NCBI GenBank assembly: GCA_045600145.1
Contig: JAZRXI010000077.1
Coordinates: 36,482 to 100,481, forward strand
Direction: 5' to 3'
Origin: Clostridia bacterium
GTDB lineage: Bacteria > Bacillota > Clostridia > Christensenellales > QALW01
Length of the DNA stretch: 64,000 nt
Part shown: positions 35,452 through 45,158 of the stretch, one piece after another
Layout: each line of letters begins with the position of its first letter
How positions within the stretch are numbered: the stretch's first letter is position 1
Program-made: the position numbers and the translations under genes
Notes under the pieces: generated by a model
The model's database searches: none
Told to the model about the DNA's origin: nothing
Seen by the model: only the letters and a program-made list of their open reading frames with translations

Positions 35452-38345
35452 ATTTTTTTCACCAATGTAAGAATGTTCTTGTCGCTCTCATATCTGTATT
35501 GCATATCATCCATAGTCTGCTTAACCATATATATGCCGAGTCCGCCGATGTTGCGTTCCTCTGCCGAAAGGGTGATATCCGGGTCTTCCTTCGTAACGGG
35601 GTTATACGGTGTACCTTCATCAATAAAGGTAAGATGTACGTACGAATCGTTCGTGGCCTTTATCTGTACTGTTACCGGACCCTTGCCGTCCGGATACGCA
35701 AATTTGGCGATGTTGCTGTATATTTCATCGACTGCTATATTCATCTGAACGATCGTCTTCATCGGGCATTCAAGCTTTTCAAGCTCTTGCTCAACAAATT
35801 CCGTTACAGCCGGAATGTCATCTATTTTTGCTTCATCAAAATGTATCTCAGGCACTATATTTCCCATAAACTTTAATCCCACCATAGTAATATCGTCAAA
35901 CTGCGGTGCTTCACCAACGAAAGCATCGACGCTTGCCTTGACCGTTTCACACAACAACTTTACATCAGTAAACCGCTGTGAATTTACGGTTTCAAGCAAT
36001 CTGTCCTCGCCGAAAAGCTGATTGTCGGCATTTGTCGCTTCGGTAACACCGTCCGTATAAAGAAATACTATGTCGCCGGGTGAAAGCTGCATTTCCTGCA
36101 TCTTGTATTTTACGCCATCCATACCCGCAAGCACGAAGCCGACCTTTGAGCGCAAATATTCAAAATTGCCGTCGCCGTGACGCACAAGCGGAGGATTGTG
36201 TCCTGCCGATACATACTGTACCTTGCCCGTATCAAGGTTTACACTTCCCTGCCATGCCGTTACGAACATTCCCGCGTCATTGCCCTCGCAGAGCGCGCTG
36301 TTGCCGGCAGTGAATACTTCATTTATCGGCATATCGGTTTCAGTAAGAGATTTAAGCTCTGTCTTGGCGCGCATCATGAACATTGCCGCCGGTATTCCCT
36401 TACCTGAGACGTCGGCTACAAGGAAATTAAGGATGTTATGGTGACTCGTATAGAAATCATAGAAATCTCCGCCGACCTCTTTTGCCGTATTCATCATTGC
36501 GAAAATTTCAAAATCCTTTCGCTTCGGGAAGACATTCGGCAATGCTGAGCTTTGGATGCTCTTTGCAAATTCAAGCTCCTTATCAATTCTTGCCGACGCC
36601 GCTTCAATATAATTTTTAAGAGTAGTGACCGTTGAGTTTATGTCGTCCGAAAGCGACGCAAATTCCTCGTTCGACCTTACGTTGACAGTTTCATCAAGGT
36701 CGCCGCCCGTGATTTTCTGCAACGAACAGTTTATCGACTTTATCTGATTTACGACAGCGTTCTTAATAAGGAAGTAAATGAACGCAAACAACAGCGCAAA
36801 GACGAGCACCTCCATGAACGTGTTTACATACATCGTGGTGGTGAATTGATTCATTGCCTCATTTTTCGGATACGCGGCAACGACGTAATATCCCTCGGTC
36901 ATATCGCAGCTACAAAAGCATGGCGTTTTGTTGATTTCGAACTCAAACACACTGCCATCGCAGTTTTCCAATATTTCAGCCGAGTACGTTGATAAGTCCT
37001 GAGTGTCGAAGTCCTCCGGAGCGCTGACGATGTCGAAATTTTTATCAAATATAAGCACATATCCCGTTTCGCCGACGTGACGGTTTTTTGTGATATCTAT
37101 TACCTGCTCTGCCATTCGTGCCTGAAACAGAAGCGTATCGTACCCCACTTGAATGAAACCGTCGTCGGTCTTGATACCCGCATATTTGCGCGAGATCGTC
37201 GGGTCAGAGGTTATCGCACCGTATTCCTGAACAAACTGCTGAGTGTCTCCGAGCAACACAAGGAATTCCGCCGCCTGCGGTCCGGAGTGCATATCAAAAC
37301 CGATATATTCGAGATTCGTGCTTTCGACGATTATACCGTCTTTGCTGATGACGCTTATTTCGGAAAGCTCATATTTCGCGGCAAGGCTTTTTATATTGTT
37401 CTTTGTTTTTTCCTTTTGCACCATTCTCGCAATTTGCAAAATATTGGCGTCTGCCGCGTCGCCTATATCCGCTTTTGTTTCGGCGGTAGCCAACGTAAGT
37501 AACTGTTCACGCTGGTTTACGGATATCGACGTTTGAAGTGTATATACAAAATACGTAGTGAGCGCAAATGCGACAACTATCGTTATAAGCAGTGACCTTT
37601 GTACGATTTCCGATATGCGCATGCGCTGTTTTCTCTGTGCCTTTTTGCCTTCGGAGATCATAACAATAAAAATCGTTGCTATTGCAGACGCGCAGGCATT
37701 CGCAGTGATCATCGGCAGTGAGCACGCCTTTACGACCTCTATCGCCTTATCGGGCGTTGCCATGTTCGTAATGAATACCATCGTCAAGTGGAATACCTCC
37801 ATTACGATGCCTATCGCGAATGAAAGCACCCAACCGGGCTTTTTATTCTCAAACATGAACTTGCGGAGCAATGCCGCGTAAATACCTGCTATAGCCGTTG
37901 AAAGACTGCACGCCACTCTCGTAAAGGTACCAACGCCCCAAGCGACGGCTATCCAGCGTTCAACACCGCCGATAAGACCGGCGATTATACCGGCAGGCGC
38001 ACCGAACAGCAAGCCTGCGGTCAGCACCGCGGCATCACGACAGTTTATCTGCGCTCCGTTTATCGGTATGCCGTATTCGGTACCGAGCACGGCAAGTGCG
38101 CCGAAAATAATTCCATAAAGTATCTGCTTGACCGCACCGGGCATTTTGCCGCACACGGTCTTTTTGTCTATCCAATATAATATTACACTGACAGCCGCGG
38201 GCAACAGTGACACCGTGCCGAGCCTTACATACGGATTTCCAAGCATTGCTAAAATAAAATTCCAAATATCGCTGAAAAACTGTATCAATAGATATGCCCC
38301 TTTTCGAGTCCGGTAATGATTTCTTTTCAGAAAAAAACCGAGCAT
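35448..38345 (-). CDS. Membrane sensor protein: 5TMR-LYT-like N-terminus, Cache-like extracytoplasmic domain, HAMP, PP2C (SpoIIE/RsbU-type) phosphatase, C-terminal RsbW/SpoIIAB-type GHKL kinase domain
   Basis: 965 aa. Polytopic N-terminus (about aa 35-230). A roughly 240-aa loop between TM helices at about 251-270 and 509-527. HAMP-like region at 528-582. PP2C motifs GGDFYDF, VADVSGKG, YTDGVTEA, DDITMV. C-terminal ..NIGGLGIYMV.. G-box. Start is uncertain because there is no clear SD. Confidence 0.75.
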   Translation of the reverse strand: MLGFFLKRNHYRTRKGAYLLIQFFSDIWNFILAMLGNPYVRLGTVSLLPAAVSVILYWIDKKTVCGKMPGAVKQILYGIIFGALAVLGTEYGIPINGAQINCRDAAVLTAGLLFGAPAGIIAGLIGGVERWIAVAWGVGTFTRVACSLSTAIAGIYAALLRKFMFENKKPGWVLSFAIGIVMEVFHLTMVFITNMATPDKAIEVVKACSLPMITANACASAIATIFIVMISEGKKAQRKQRMRISEIVQRSLLITIVVAFALTTYFVYTLQTSISVNQREQLLTLATAETKADIGDAADANILQIARMVQKEKTKNNIKSLAAKYELSEISVISKDGIIVESTNLEYIGFDMHSGPQAAEFLVLLGDTQQFVQEYGAITSDPTISRKYAGIKTDDGFIQVGYDTLLFQARMAEQVIDITKNRHVGETGYVLIFDKNFDIVSAPEDFDTQDLSTYSAEILENCDGSVFEFEINKTPCFCSCDMTEGYYVVAAYPKNEAMNQFTTTMYVNTFMEVLVFALLFAFIYFLIKNAVVNQIKSINCSLQKITGGDLDETVNVRSNEEFASLSDDINSTVTTLKNYIEAASARIDKELEFAKSIQSSALPNVFPKRKDFEIFAMMNTAKEVGGDFYDFYTSHHNILNFLVADVSGKGIPAAMFMMRAKTELKSLTETDMPINEVFTAGNSALCEGNDAGMFVTAWQGSVNLDTGKVQYVSAGHNPPLVRHGDGNFEYLRSKVGFVLAGMDGVKYKMQEMQLSPGDIVFLYTDGVTEATNADNQLFGEDRLLETVNSQRFTDVKLLCETVKASVDAFVGEAPQFDDITMVGLKFMGNIVPEIHFDEAKIDDIPAVTEFVEQELEKLECPMKTIVQMNIAVDEIYSNIAKFAYPDGKGPVTVQIKATNDSYVHLTFIDEGTPYNPVTKEDPDITLSAEERNIGGLGIYMVKQTMDDMQYRYESDKNILTLVKKI

Positions 38346-38362
38346 TTATAAATATTTATATT

Positions 38363-38391
38363 ATTGTATATTAAGATACGAAAAAAGTCAA
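38363..38391 (-). promoter_or_regulatory. Candidate sigma-A promoter of the four-gene signalling operon
   Basis: Minus strand reads TTGACT, 17-nt spacer, TACAAT. The -10 element ends 17 nt before the annotated ATG. Confidence 0.45.
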
Positions 38392-38687
38392 TCACAAAAG
38401 TGCATATAAATAAAATTTATTGCGTTTTTCAGTGCCACCGGCATGAAACCGTGCCGTCACCGTTCATTTTGAGCATAACGCCGTAAGGTGCGCACATTTT
38501 CACAAGTCTTTCAATGAACGGCGAATCTGCCGACGCGATGTGTGGAAGCCCCTCGTTGAGCTTATCGTCCGTTCCTGACAGCTCTACCGGCAGAAGCGTA
38601 AGCTCCGTCAAAACACCGTCATTACTTTTTTATCCTTGAGCAAAGAGTTTTGCAAAATATTGGTGACACAAAAAACGCTCAAATATC

Positions 38688-39488
38688 TTACAGTGCCGTT
38701 TGAGTGTCGTTCGGATCACCGTTGCGGGCAAGCTCGTACTCCTTCGACCAGTCAAGCTCACGGTATTCTTCACCGCGCGGATCGGTCTTTATCCATGCAA
38801 GTAGCATATCGAGCATTTCTTCCGTCCAAGTATTCTTATCTATCTGTGCCGTCGTGAATTTGTTTTGCGCTATCATTTCAAAGCCGAAATCGTCCTTGAC
38901 ATGTGTCTTTGCCGCTCCGTCAACCACATCGGCAACAAGGTGCGCCGGTATGAACATCACACCGCCTCCCGCACCGAAAACGACATCACCGGGCAGACAC
39001 ACAGCGCCCCCGAAATTCGTAACAGTGTTAAAGCCCGTCATAACGAACTCTCTTATCGGAGTCGGGTCTATGCCGCGGTAATACACCTGCACGTCGGGTA
39101 CTTTTTTTATTTGTTCGACATCGCGGATCCCGCCCCATATCACTGCGCCTCCGTTCTTTGTGCGAGTGCGAATGGCAGTGGTAAGATTGCCGCCCAAAAA
39201 TGTACCCTTATAAATTTTATCATACATATCGGCAACGACAACATCGCGCTCGACAAGCGTATCTATGACCCACTGATTATAATTGCCCTTTCTGCCTTCC
39301 TCGGCGCCTTTTTGAAACATGACCTCATGGAGATCGGGTCGCGTCGGACAAAATGAGCAGGTTACGGCTCTGCCGACTAATTTTCTGCCGTCATCGTGTT
39401 TTGCAATAATTTGTTCGTTTTTTTTTACTCTCTGCTCCGTTGGGCTTCCCCGCAAGTCCCATGATGCAAAAGATAAATGCGGAAACAT
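38688..39488 (-). CDS. RraA-like family protein (RraA / HMG-aldolase fold), function unknown
   Basis: 266 aa. The central ..GGNLTTAIRTRTKNGGAVIWGGIRDVEQI.. resembles the RraA/aldolase family core. Tentative. Confidence 0.5.
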   Translation of the reverse strand: MFPHLSFASWDLRGSPTEQRVKKNEQIIAKHDDGRKLVGRAVTCSFCPTRPDLHEVMFQKGAEEGRKGNYNQWVIDTLVERDVVVADMYDKIYKGTFLGGNLTTAIRTRTKNGGAVIWGGIRDVEQIKKVPDVQVYYRGIDPTPIREFVMTGFNTVTNFGGAVCLPGDVVFGAGGGVMFIPAHLVADVVDGAAKTHVKDDFGFEMIAQNKFTTAQIDKNTWTEEMLDMLLAWIKTDPRGEEYRELDWSKEYELARNGDPNDTQTAL

Positions 39489-39564
39489 TTACATCGCAAG
39501 CAGTGCATCAAGAATGCTGTACCCTACAACGCATATCGGGATTTTTGCGGCACGAAGTCCCCCC

Positions 39565-39600
39565 CAAAAAAGAGTACAGGGGGAACAAAATCCCCCTGTG
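39565..39600 (-). terminator. Intrinsic terminator after the PrsA-like gene
   Basis: Minus strand: ACAGGGGGATTTTGTTCCCCCTGT followed by ACTCTTTTTT. Confidence 0.7.
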
Positions 39601-39618
39601 AAACGTCGAGCTCAAATT

Positions 39619-41010
39619 TTACAGTCTGCTCTCGTATGTCTTGATATTTGCTTCGCTCTTCCAATTAGTGAGCATATTGTCCCATTCGGTCGTTTTCTTA
39701 GCTTCGGTAAGTGAAGTCTGAAGTTCTTCTTTGATGTCATCGTAAGGTACCTTGCCCTCGGGAAGGTTCTTTATGCTGCGGATGATATGATATCCGTAAT
39801 ATGTGGCAACGGGGGCACTCACCTGACCGGCTTCAAGATTTCTTGCGATCTGCGAGAACTCAGTTACCATGTTGTCGGCGGGACCTACAAGATAACCCTT
39901 CTTAGCTGCTTCCTCTGTCTGCATGCCGGTATCATCAGAGCTTGCGATTATCGCATTGATAAAGATTTCCTCGTCGGCATCCTTAACCGCGTCGTAAACA
40001 GCATTTGTTTCATCCTGCACCTTGAGCTTTGCAAGCTCCAAAGCGTCGGCGTACTGCTTTTCGAGTATCGCTTTTTGAGCGATAGCGTCATCAAGTGCCG
40101 CCTGAGTTTCAGCCTTTATCGTGTCGTCGGTCTCATTTGCTAGCGACGCAGTACGATCTGCTATTTCTTCCTCATATTCGTCGATATTCGACTGAAGTCC
40201 CTGCAACGTATTCACGTCATCATCCTCAAAGGAAATAAGTATTTGCATTACAAGCGAATATCCCGCGCGATAATATACAAGCGGTTTACATTCAACGGTT
40301 TCGCCTGAGGTCGCACTTGTGATGCTTCCGTTGTTCCACGCCGTAACAAACAGCTCGTCTGTCGAAAGCTCCTGATTCTGTTTTTGGAATCTTGATTCAT
40401 ATTCAGCCATGACATCCGCTTCAAGAACGGTGACATCCTTGACCGAATCCTCCTGGAAGCGTGTCAAAGCATTGGATTTAAGCTGTTCATTAAGCATTTC
40501 TTCTACGCTTGTGCCGTTATCCTCAAGATTTTTAAGATACTTTTCTTCGGCAATACGCTTGAAATAATCTTCATTGCTCTCGCCATCGTTCTTGCCCTTG
40601 ATATCTTGTCCTTCGAACGCATTGGTATACTGCTCTACAAGATTGTCAATAAACGATTGCTTATCCTCATCGATCGTTGCCTGTGCCTCCGCTTTCTGCT
40701 CGTCGGTAAAGTTAAAATAACCTGCCGCCTCCGCTTTCTGGCTCAAGAGCTCCTGCTCAACAAGGTTATTGAGGATATCTGCTTTCATGCTTTCAAGCGA
40801 GCTTGCCGCCGTCGAAGCATCATATCCATAGTAAGTGGTATACATGTAATAATAGTAATTATATACCTCATCAAAGTCGCTTTTAAGGATAGCTTTGCCG
40901 TTAACCTTTGCAATAACAACATTGCTGTCGTCCTTTGTGATCAGTGAGCATCCGGAGAAAATGCTCAGTGTGAGCACGATCGCCACTGCGAGTGAAATGA
41001 TTTTTTTCAT
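39619..41010 (-). CDS. Lipoprotein peptidyl-prolyl isomerase (PrsA/SurA-like foldase, parvulin domain)
   Basis: Lipobox LSIFSGC. SurA-N-like helical region. C-terminal parvulin motif ..SAPVATYYGYHIIRS. Confidence 0.72.
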   Translation of the reverse strand: MKKIISLAVAIVLTLSIFSGCSLITKDDSNVVIAKVNGKAILKSDFDEVYNYYYYMYTTYYGYDASTAASSLESMKADILNNLVEQELLSQKAEAAGYFNFTDEQKAEAQATIDEDKQSFIDNLVEQYTNAFEGQDIKGKNDGESNEDYFKRIAEEKYLKNLEDNGTSVEEMLNEQLKSNALTRFQEDSVKDVTVLEADVMAEYESRFQKQNQELSTDELFVTAWNNGSITSATSGETVECKPLVYYRAGYSLVMQILISFEDDDVNTLQGLQSNIDEYEEEIADRTASLANETDDTIKAETQAALDDAIAQKAILEKQYADALELAKLKVQDETNAVYDAVKDADEEIFINAIIASSDDTGMQTEEAAKKGYLVGPADNMVTEFSQIARNLEAGQVSAPVATYYGYHIIRSIKNLPEGKVPYDDIKEELQTSLTEAKKTTEWDNMLTNWKSEANIKTYESRL

Positions 41011-41104
41011 ACTTCAGTAAACCTCCACATTAAATCTCAAATATTATACAGTAAAATTTTGTTATTATCAAGCGATTTTTTTGTTTTTCATGATTTTTTC
41101 ATAA

Positions 41105-44100
41105 TTATTCCGCAAGCGCTTCCGCAAATTCGCGTATAAGCTCAATGCGTCTGCTGTCATCAAAGCCGCGCGTTTTCAATATGACACAGAATACTTTTCC
41201 CGCGCTCACGACACAGTCTTTGCCCTCAATCGCCTTCGAAACATTTCCAAGGTCCGGGTCCGGGAACATCAGAACAGTATTCCCTGCATCCTCCCTGATA
41301 ACGCTTACTCCCGCGGCACCGGCTATTGAGCGTATGTAAGCGATATTGAGCAGATTATCAACCGTTTGCGGAAGCGCGCCGAAACGATCACGCAGCTCAT
41401 CGCGGATATCCAACATGCCGTCCTTATCCGAAATATCCGAAATTTTTCGATAAATCGCAAATTTGACAGACTCATTCGGGATATACTCGTCGCTGATAAA
41501 GGCATCGAGCTTGATTTCCACCTTTGCTCTCGGTACTTCCTCGTTCTTTTTGCCCATGCTTGAATCGACAGCTTCTTTTATCATTTTGCAGTAAAGATCA
41601 TATCCGATTTTTGCCATATGCCCGTGCTGTTCACCGCCGAGCAGATTGCCGGCTCCGCGTATCTCAAGGTCTCGCATGGCTATTTTGAAGCCCGAGCCCA
41701 TTTGAGTAAACTCCTCTATCGCTTTGAGGCGCTTGACGGCATCCTCACCTATGCTCCTCGACTGCGGCACCGTGAAATAGGCATACGCCATTCGATTCGA
41801 GCGTCCGACACGTCCGCGAAGCTGATAGAGCTGTGCAAGCCCGAGGCGCTGTGCGTCCTGCACGATTATAGTGTTAGCGGCGGGAATATCGACACCGTTT
41901 TCGATTATCGTGGTGCAAAGCAGAACATCGTATTCACCGTTATAGAAATCAAGCACGATCTTCTCAAGCTGTTTTTCGTCCATTTGACCGTGTGCTATTG
42001 CTATTCGGGCATCGGGGACAAGTCCCTGCAAATGCTCGGCAAAATACTCTATTCCCTGCACGCGGTTATAGAGATAATATACCTGTCCGTTGCGCTGAAG
42101 CTCGCGTGTTATCGCGTCGCGGATCAACGCCTCCGAATACTCGATAACGTATGTTTGCACTGGATAGCGCTCCTGCGGAGGCGTTTCGAGAAGGCTCATA
42201 TCACGTATGCCCGAAAGTGCCATGTTGAGCGTGCGTGGGATCGGTGTTGCCGAAAGCGTCAGCACATCGATATTTGTTTTCAGCTCCTTGATTTTTTCCT
42301 TGTGCGCGACGCCGAAGCGCTGTTCTTCATCAACCACGAGCAAGCCGAGCTCTTTGAATTTTACATCCTTTGCGAGCATCTTGTGCGTACCCACAAGAAT
42401 ATCGACCTTTCCTTCCGCAAGGTCTGCTATAATCTTTTTCTGCTCCTTAGGCGTACGGAAACGGCTGAGCATTTCGATGCGAACGGCTTGAAAATTCACC
42501 ATTCGCGTTTTCAATGTGTTGTAATGCTGTTGAACAAGGATCGTCGTCGGTGCGAGTATCGCCGCCTGCTTTCCGCTCATGACAGCTTTGAATACTGCAC
42601 GCAATGCGACCTCGGTCTTTCCGTAGCCGACATCTCCGCAAAGCAATCGATCCATTACCTTATCGGATTCCATATCCGCTTTTATCTCTGCTATACATCT
42701 GAGCTGATCAGGTGTTTCTTCGTATTGGAAATCCTCCTCAAAATCCCTTTGCCACGGCGTATCGGGAAGAAAGCTTATGCCTACCGAGCTTTCGCGGACG
42801 CGATAAAGCGCAAGCAGCTTATCTGTCATATCGGCTATTGATTTTCTTACCTTGGCCTTTGTGTTGCTCCATTCCTGAGTACCGAGCTTGCTGAGCCTTG
42901 GCACGGTATCGTCGGGAGCGACGTATTTCTGTACCCTGTTCATCTGCTCGACCGGCACATACAGCTTATCGTCATCGCGATATTTCAGAAAAAGATAATC
43001 CTTTTTCGCTCCGTCTGTTTCGATTTGGACTATGCCTTGATAAATGCCGATACCGTTTGTTTCGTGAACGACGGCATCGCCGATTTTCAAATCAACGAAT
43101 GTATCTATGCCCTTTTTCGAGCTTTTTATATTGCTCGTGCGGTTTTGCTTGACAAGCGTGAAAATATCGTTTTCACCTATCACGGCAAGCTTCATAAGCG
43201 AATATTCGTATCCGCGCGTCACAGTTCCCGGAACAATGACTATCTGCCCCGCCTCAATCACGACATCGGTGCGTTTGAGCGGTATGACGGCTATGTTCGC
43301 TTCGGTAAATTCCTTTTCAAGGCGTTCGAGCCTCGCCTGTGTTCCGGCGCAAAGTACCACTCTGTAGCCGGCATTCTGATACATTTTTACTTCTTGTATC
43401 AGAAATTCCGGTTTGCCGTGGAATGACTGTATCGCCCGTCCGTCAAAGCGGAATATGGCTTTCGCGTCAACATCGGGGATAGTGCCCGTTATCGTTTGCA
43501 TCGAAACGACCTGATATTCAAGTACCCTTTTCCAAAAACGCCCGAAGCCCGTAAACACGTTCGCGTGCCTGCCGAGTGCCTTGCCCTCCTCCGTAAGATT
43601 GGTTACAGTCGCCGAAAACTCACGCTCGATATTATCGCTGTGCTCGCGCAAAACCTTGATTTCATCCACGACAACAAGCGTATTTTGGGGCATGTAATCA
43701 AGAATACATGTGTATCCCGGATAGAAATACGGCATAAGCTGTTCCGATTGATTCGGATATATGCCGTTTTTCAGCTTTTCGGCAAGCGGTGCGAAGGTAT
43801 CTGTCGCCTTAGTGACCGATTCACGGTTGCGGCAAATGCGGTTGAAGCGGACAAGTTCCTCTGAAAGCAGCTCAGCGGCACGCGCACATCCCTCACGGTC
43901 ACTGCAAACCTCTTTTGTCGGCAAAATTTCTATTTTGGAAATATGGTCGACAGACCTTTGCGATACAGGATCGACCGTCCGCATAGTATCGACCTCATCA
44001 TCGAAAAAGTCAATGCGCACTGGGTTATCGGCATTTTTCGGGAAAACATCCAAAATACCGCCGTGAACAAAAAACTCACCCTTGCCGCAAAGCTGTGACG

Positions 44101-44581
44101 CAGGAGTGTATCCGCACCTGACAAGCTTTTCCGTCAATTCCGAAATATCATAATGCTTGCCTTTTTCAACAGTTATTTTCAGCTCTTTCAGCTTTTGCGG
44201 CGGCATCAAATTGAACAGCACCGCGTCGCACTCGGCTATGACCGCATCCGCGCCACCGAGCACCGAGTTGAGTGTCTCTATACGACTTATCTGCTGTTCA
44301 TCGCTTTGAAACTGCGCCGTAAGCATCTGATCGCGTCCGTGCAGAATGACTGCTTTTTTGCCGCTATAAAATTCATAGTCATTTTTGATTTTTTCCGCGC
44401 TTGCCGCCCCCTGCGCTATAAACAGCAGAGGTCTGTTCTCGGCAAGTGATGTTGCGATATGGGTTTTTTGCCCGTCCGAAACGCCGAAAACCGAGATAGG
44501 TGTCACCCCATCCCGGATATTTTTCTCCAGCCTGCAAAAATCCGCGTTTTCGCAAAGAGACTGCTTATATAGTCTGAACAT
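41105..44581 (-). CDS. mfd: Transcription-repair coupling factor Mfd
   Basis: 1158 aa. CarD/RID region, superfamily-2 helicase motifs ([18 protein letters not shown]), and a TRG motif region. Adjacent to pth. Confidence 0.96.
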   Translation of the reverse strand: MFRLYKQSLCENADFCRLEKNIRDGVTPISVFGVSDGQKTHIATSLAENRPLLFIAQGAASAEKIKNDYEFYSGKKAVILHGRDQMLTAQFQSDEQQISRIETLNSVLGGADAVIAECDAVLFNLMPPQKLKELKITVEKGKHYDISELTEKLVRCGYTPASQLCGKGEFFVHGGILDVFPKNADNPVRIDFFDDEVDTMRTVDPVSQRSVDHISKIEILPTKEVCSDREGCARAAELLSEELVRFNRICRNRESVTKATDTFAPLAEKLKNGIYPNQSEQLMPYFYPGYTCILDYMPQNTLVVVDEIKVLREHSDNIEREFSATVTNLTEEGKALGRHANVFTGFGRFWKRVLEYQVVSMQTITGTIPDVDAKAIFRFDGRAIQSFHGKPEFLIQEVKMYQNAGYRVVLCAGTQARLERLEKEFTEANIAVIPLKRTDVVIEAGQIVIVPGTVTRGYEYSLMKLAVIGENDIFTLVKQNRTSNIKSSKKGIDTFVDLKIGDAVVHETNGIGIYQGIVQIETDGAKKDYLFLKYRDDDKLYVPVEQMNRVQKYVAPDDTVPRLSKLGTQEWSNTKAKVRKSIADMTDKLLALYRVRESSVGISFLPDTPWQRDFEEDFQYEETPDQLRCIAEIKADMESDKVMDRLLCGDVGYGKTEVALRAVFKAVMSGKQAAILAPTTILVQQHYNTLKTRMVNFQAVRIEMLSRFRTPKEQKKIIADLAEGKVDILVGTHKMLAKDVKFKELGLLVVDEEQRFGVAHKEKIKELKTNIDVLTLSATPIPRTLNMALSGIRDMSLLETPPQERYPVQTYVIEYSEALIRDAITRELQRNGQVYYLYNRVQGIEYFAEHLQGLVPDARIAIAHGQMDEKQLEKIVLDFYNGEYDVLLCTTIIENGVDIPAANTIIVQDAQRLGLAQLYQLRGRVGRSNRMAYAYFTVPQSRSIGEDAVKRLKAIEEFTQMGSGFKIAMRDLEIRGAGNLLGGEQHGHMAKIGYDLYCKMIKEAVDSSMGKKNEEVPRAKVEIKLDAFISDEYIPNESVKFAIYRKISDISDKDGMLDIRDELRDRFGALPQTVDNLLNIAYIRSIAGAAGVSVIREDAGNTVLMFPDPDLGNVSKAIEGKDCVVSAGKVFCVILKTRGFDDSRRIELIREFAEALAE

Positions 44582-44584
44582 TAT

Positions 44585-45154
44585 TTACCCCATTGAATTG
44601 TATTTTTGCATTGCTTCGTCAAAGCCTTCGCTTACTGCCATTATCGCCGCGTCACCTGCGCGGAGTATCGCCTTGTTGACCTTTTCGACAGATTCGCCCG
44701 TGGGCTTTGCAAGAACATAATCCGCAAGATCCATCTGTGCATTTTCGGGCTGACCCATGCCGATGCGTATTCTTGCAAAATTCTCGCTTTTAAGCTCCGA
44801 AACTATCGAGCGCATGCCGTTGTGTGTTCCCGGACCTCCGCGCGCCCGCAGACGGAGCTTGCCCTCGGGCAGGTCGATATCATCATAAATAACGATGAAG
44901 CTTTCCGGTGCAAGCTTATAGAACTGCATTATCTCAAAAAGGCACTGACCGCTGTTGTTCATAAACGTCTGAGGCTTTACTATAAGGACTTTTTTGTCTT
45001 TCACCTTTGCGGTGAATATCAATCCGTTAAACTTTTCCTTCGGTAATGACGCTTTGAGCTCCTGCGTGATATAATCTATTGCGCGGAAGCCCACATTATG
45101 CCGCGTCTGCGCATAGTTTACGCCCGGATTGCCAAGACCGGCTATGACGAGCAG
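44585..45154 (-). CDS. pth: Peptidyl-tRNA hydrolase Pth (start codon unresolved)
   Basis: The frame encodes ..LLVIAGLGNPGVNYAQTRHNVGF.. and the rest of Pth. The first canonical start (GTG at 45094) lies after the catalytic His motif. The 5' limit given here is a CTG; an ATT at 45167-45169 is an alternative. Confidence 0.85.
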   Translation of the reverse strand: MLVIAGLGNPGVNYAQTRHNVGFRAIDYITQELKASLPKEKFNGLIFTAKVKDKKVLIVKPQTFMNNSGQCLFEIMQFYKLAPESFIVIYDDIDLPEGKLRLRARGGPGTHNGMRSIVSELKSENFARIRIGMGQPENAQMDLADYVLAKPTGESVEKVNKAILRAGDAAIMAVSEGFDEAMQKYNSMG

Positions 45155-45158
45155 ATCA

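Noticed and set aside
38429-38611. 60-codon minus-strand ORF between the RraA-like gene and the signalling operon
   Set aside because: Its start is a TTG with no SD at a usable distance; the nearest AAGGA is about 20 nt away. It has no recognisable motif. I kept it out of the feature list, although it could be a real small protein.
39530-39615. Possible fifth copy of the dispersed repeat downstream of the PrsA-like gene
   Set aside because: It contains only a generic G/C hairpin terminator (ACAGGGGG..CCCCCTGT) and a C-run. It lacks the AAAAAGTCA..TTTTTGCCCCG arm and the GGAGTCCCTGC motif.
41618-42841. 407-aa plus-strand ORF
   Set aside because: It is antisense to mfd, has no motifs and no SD. 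It is a shadow ORF.
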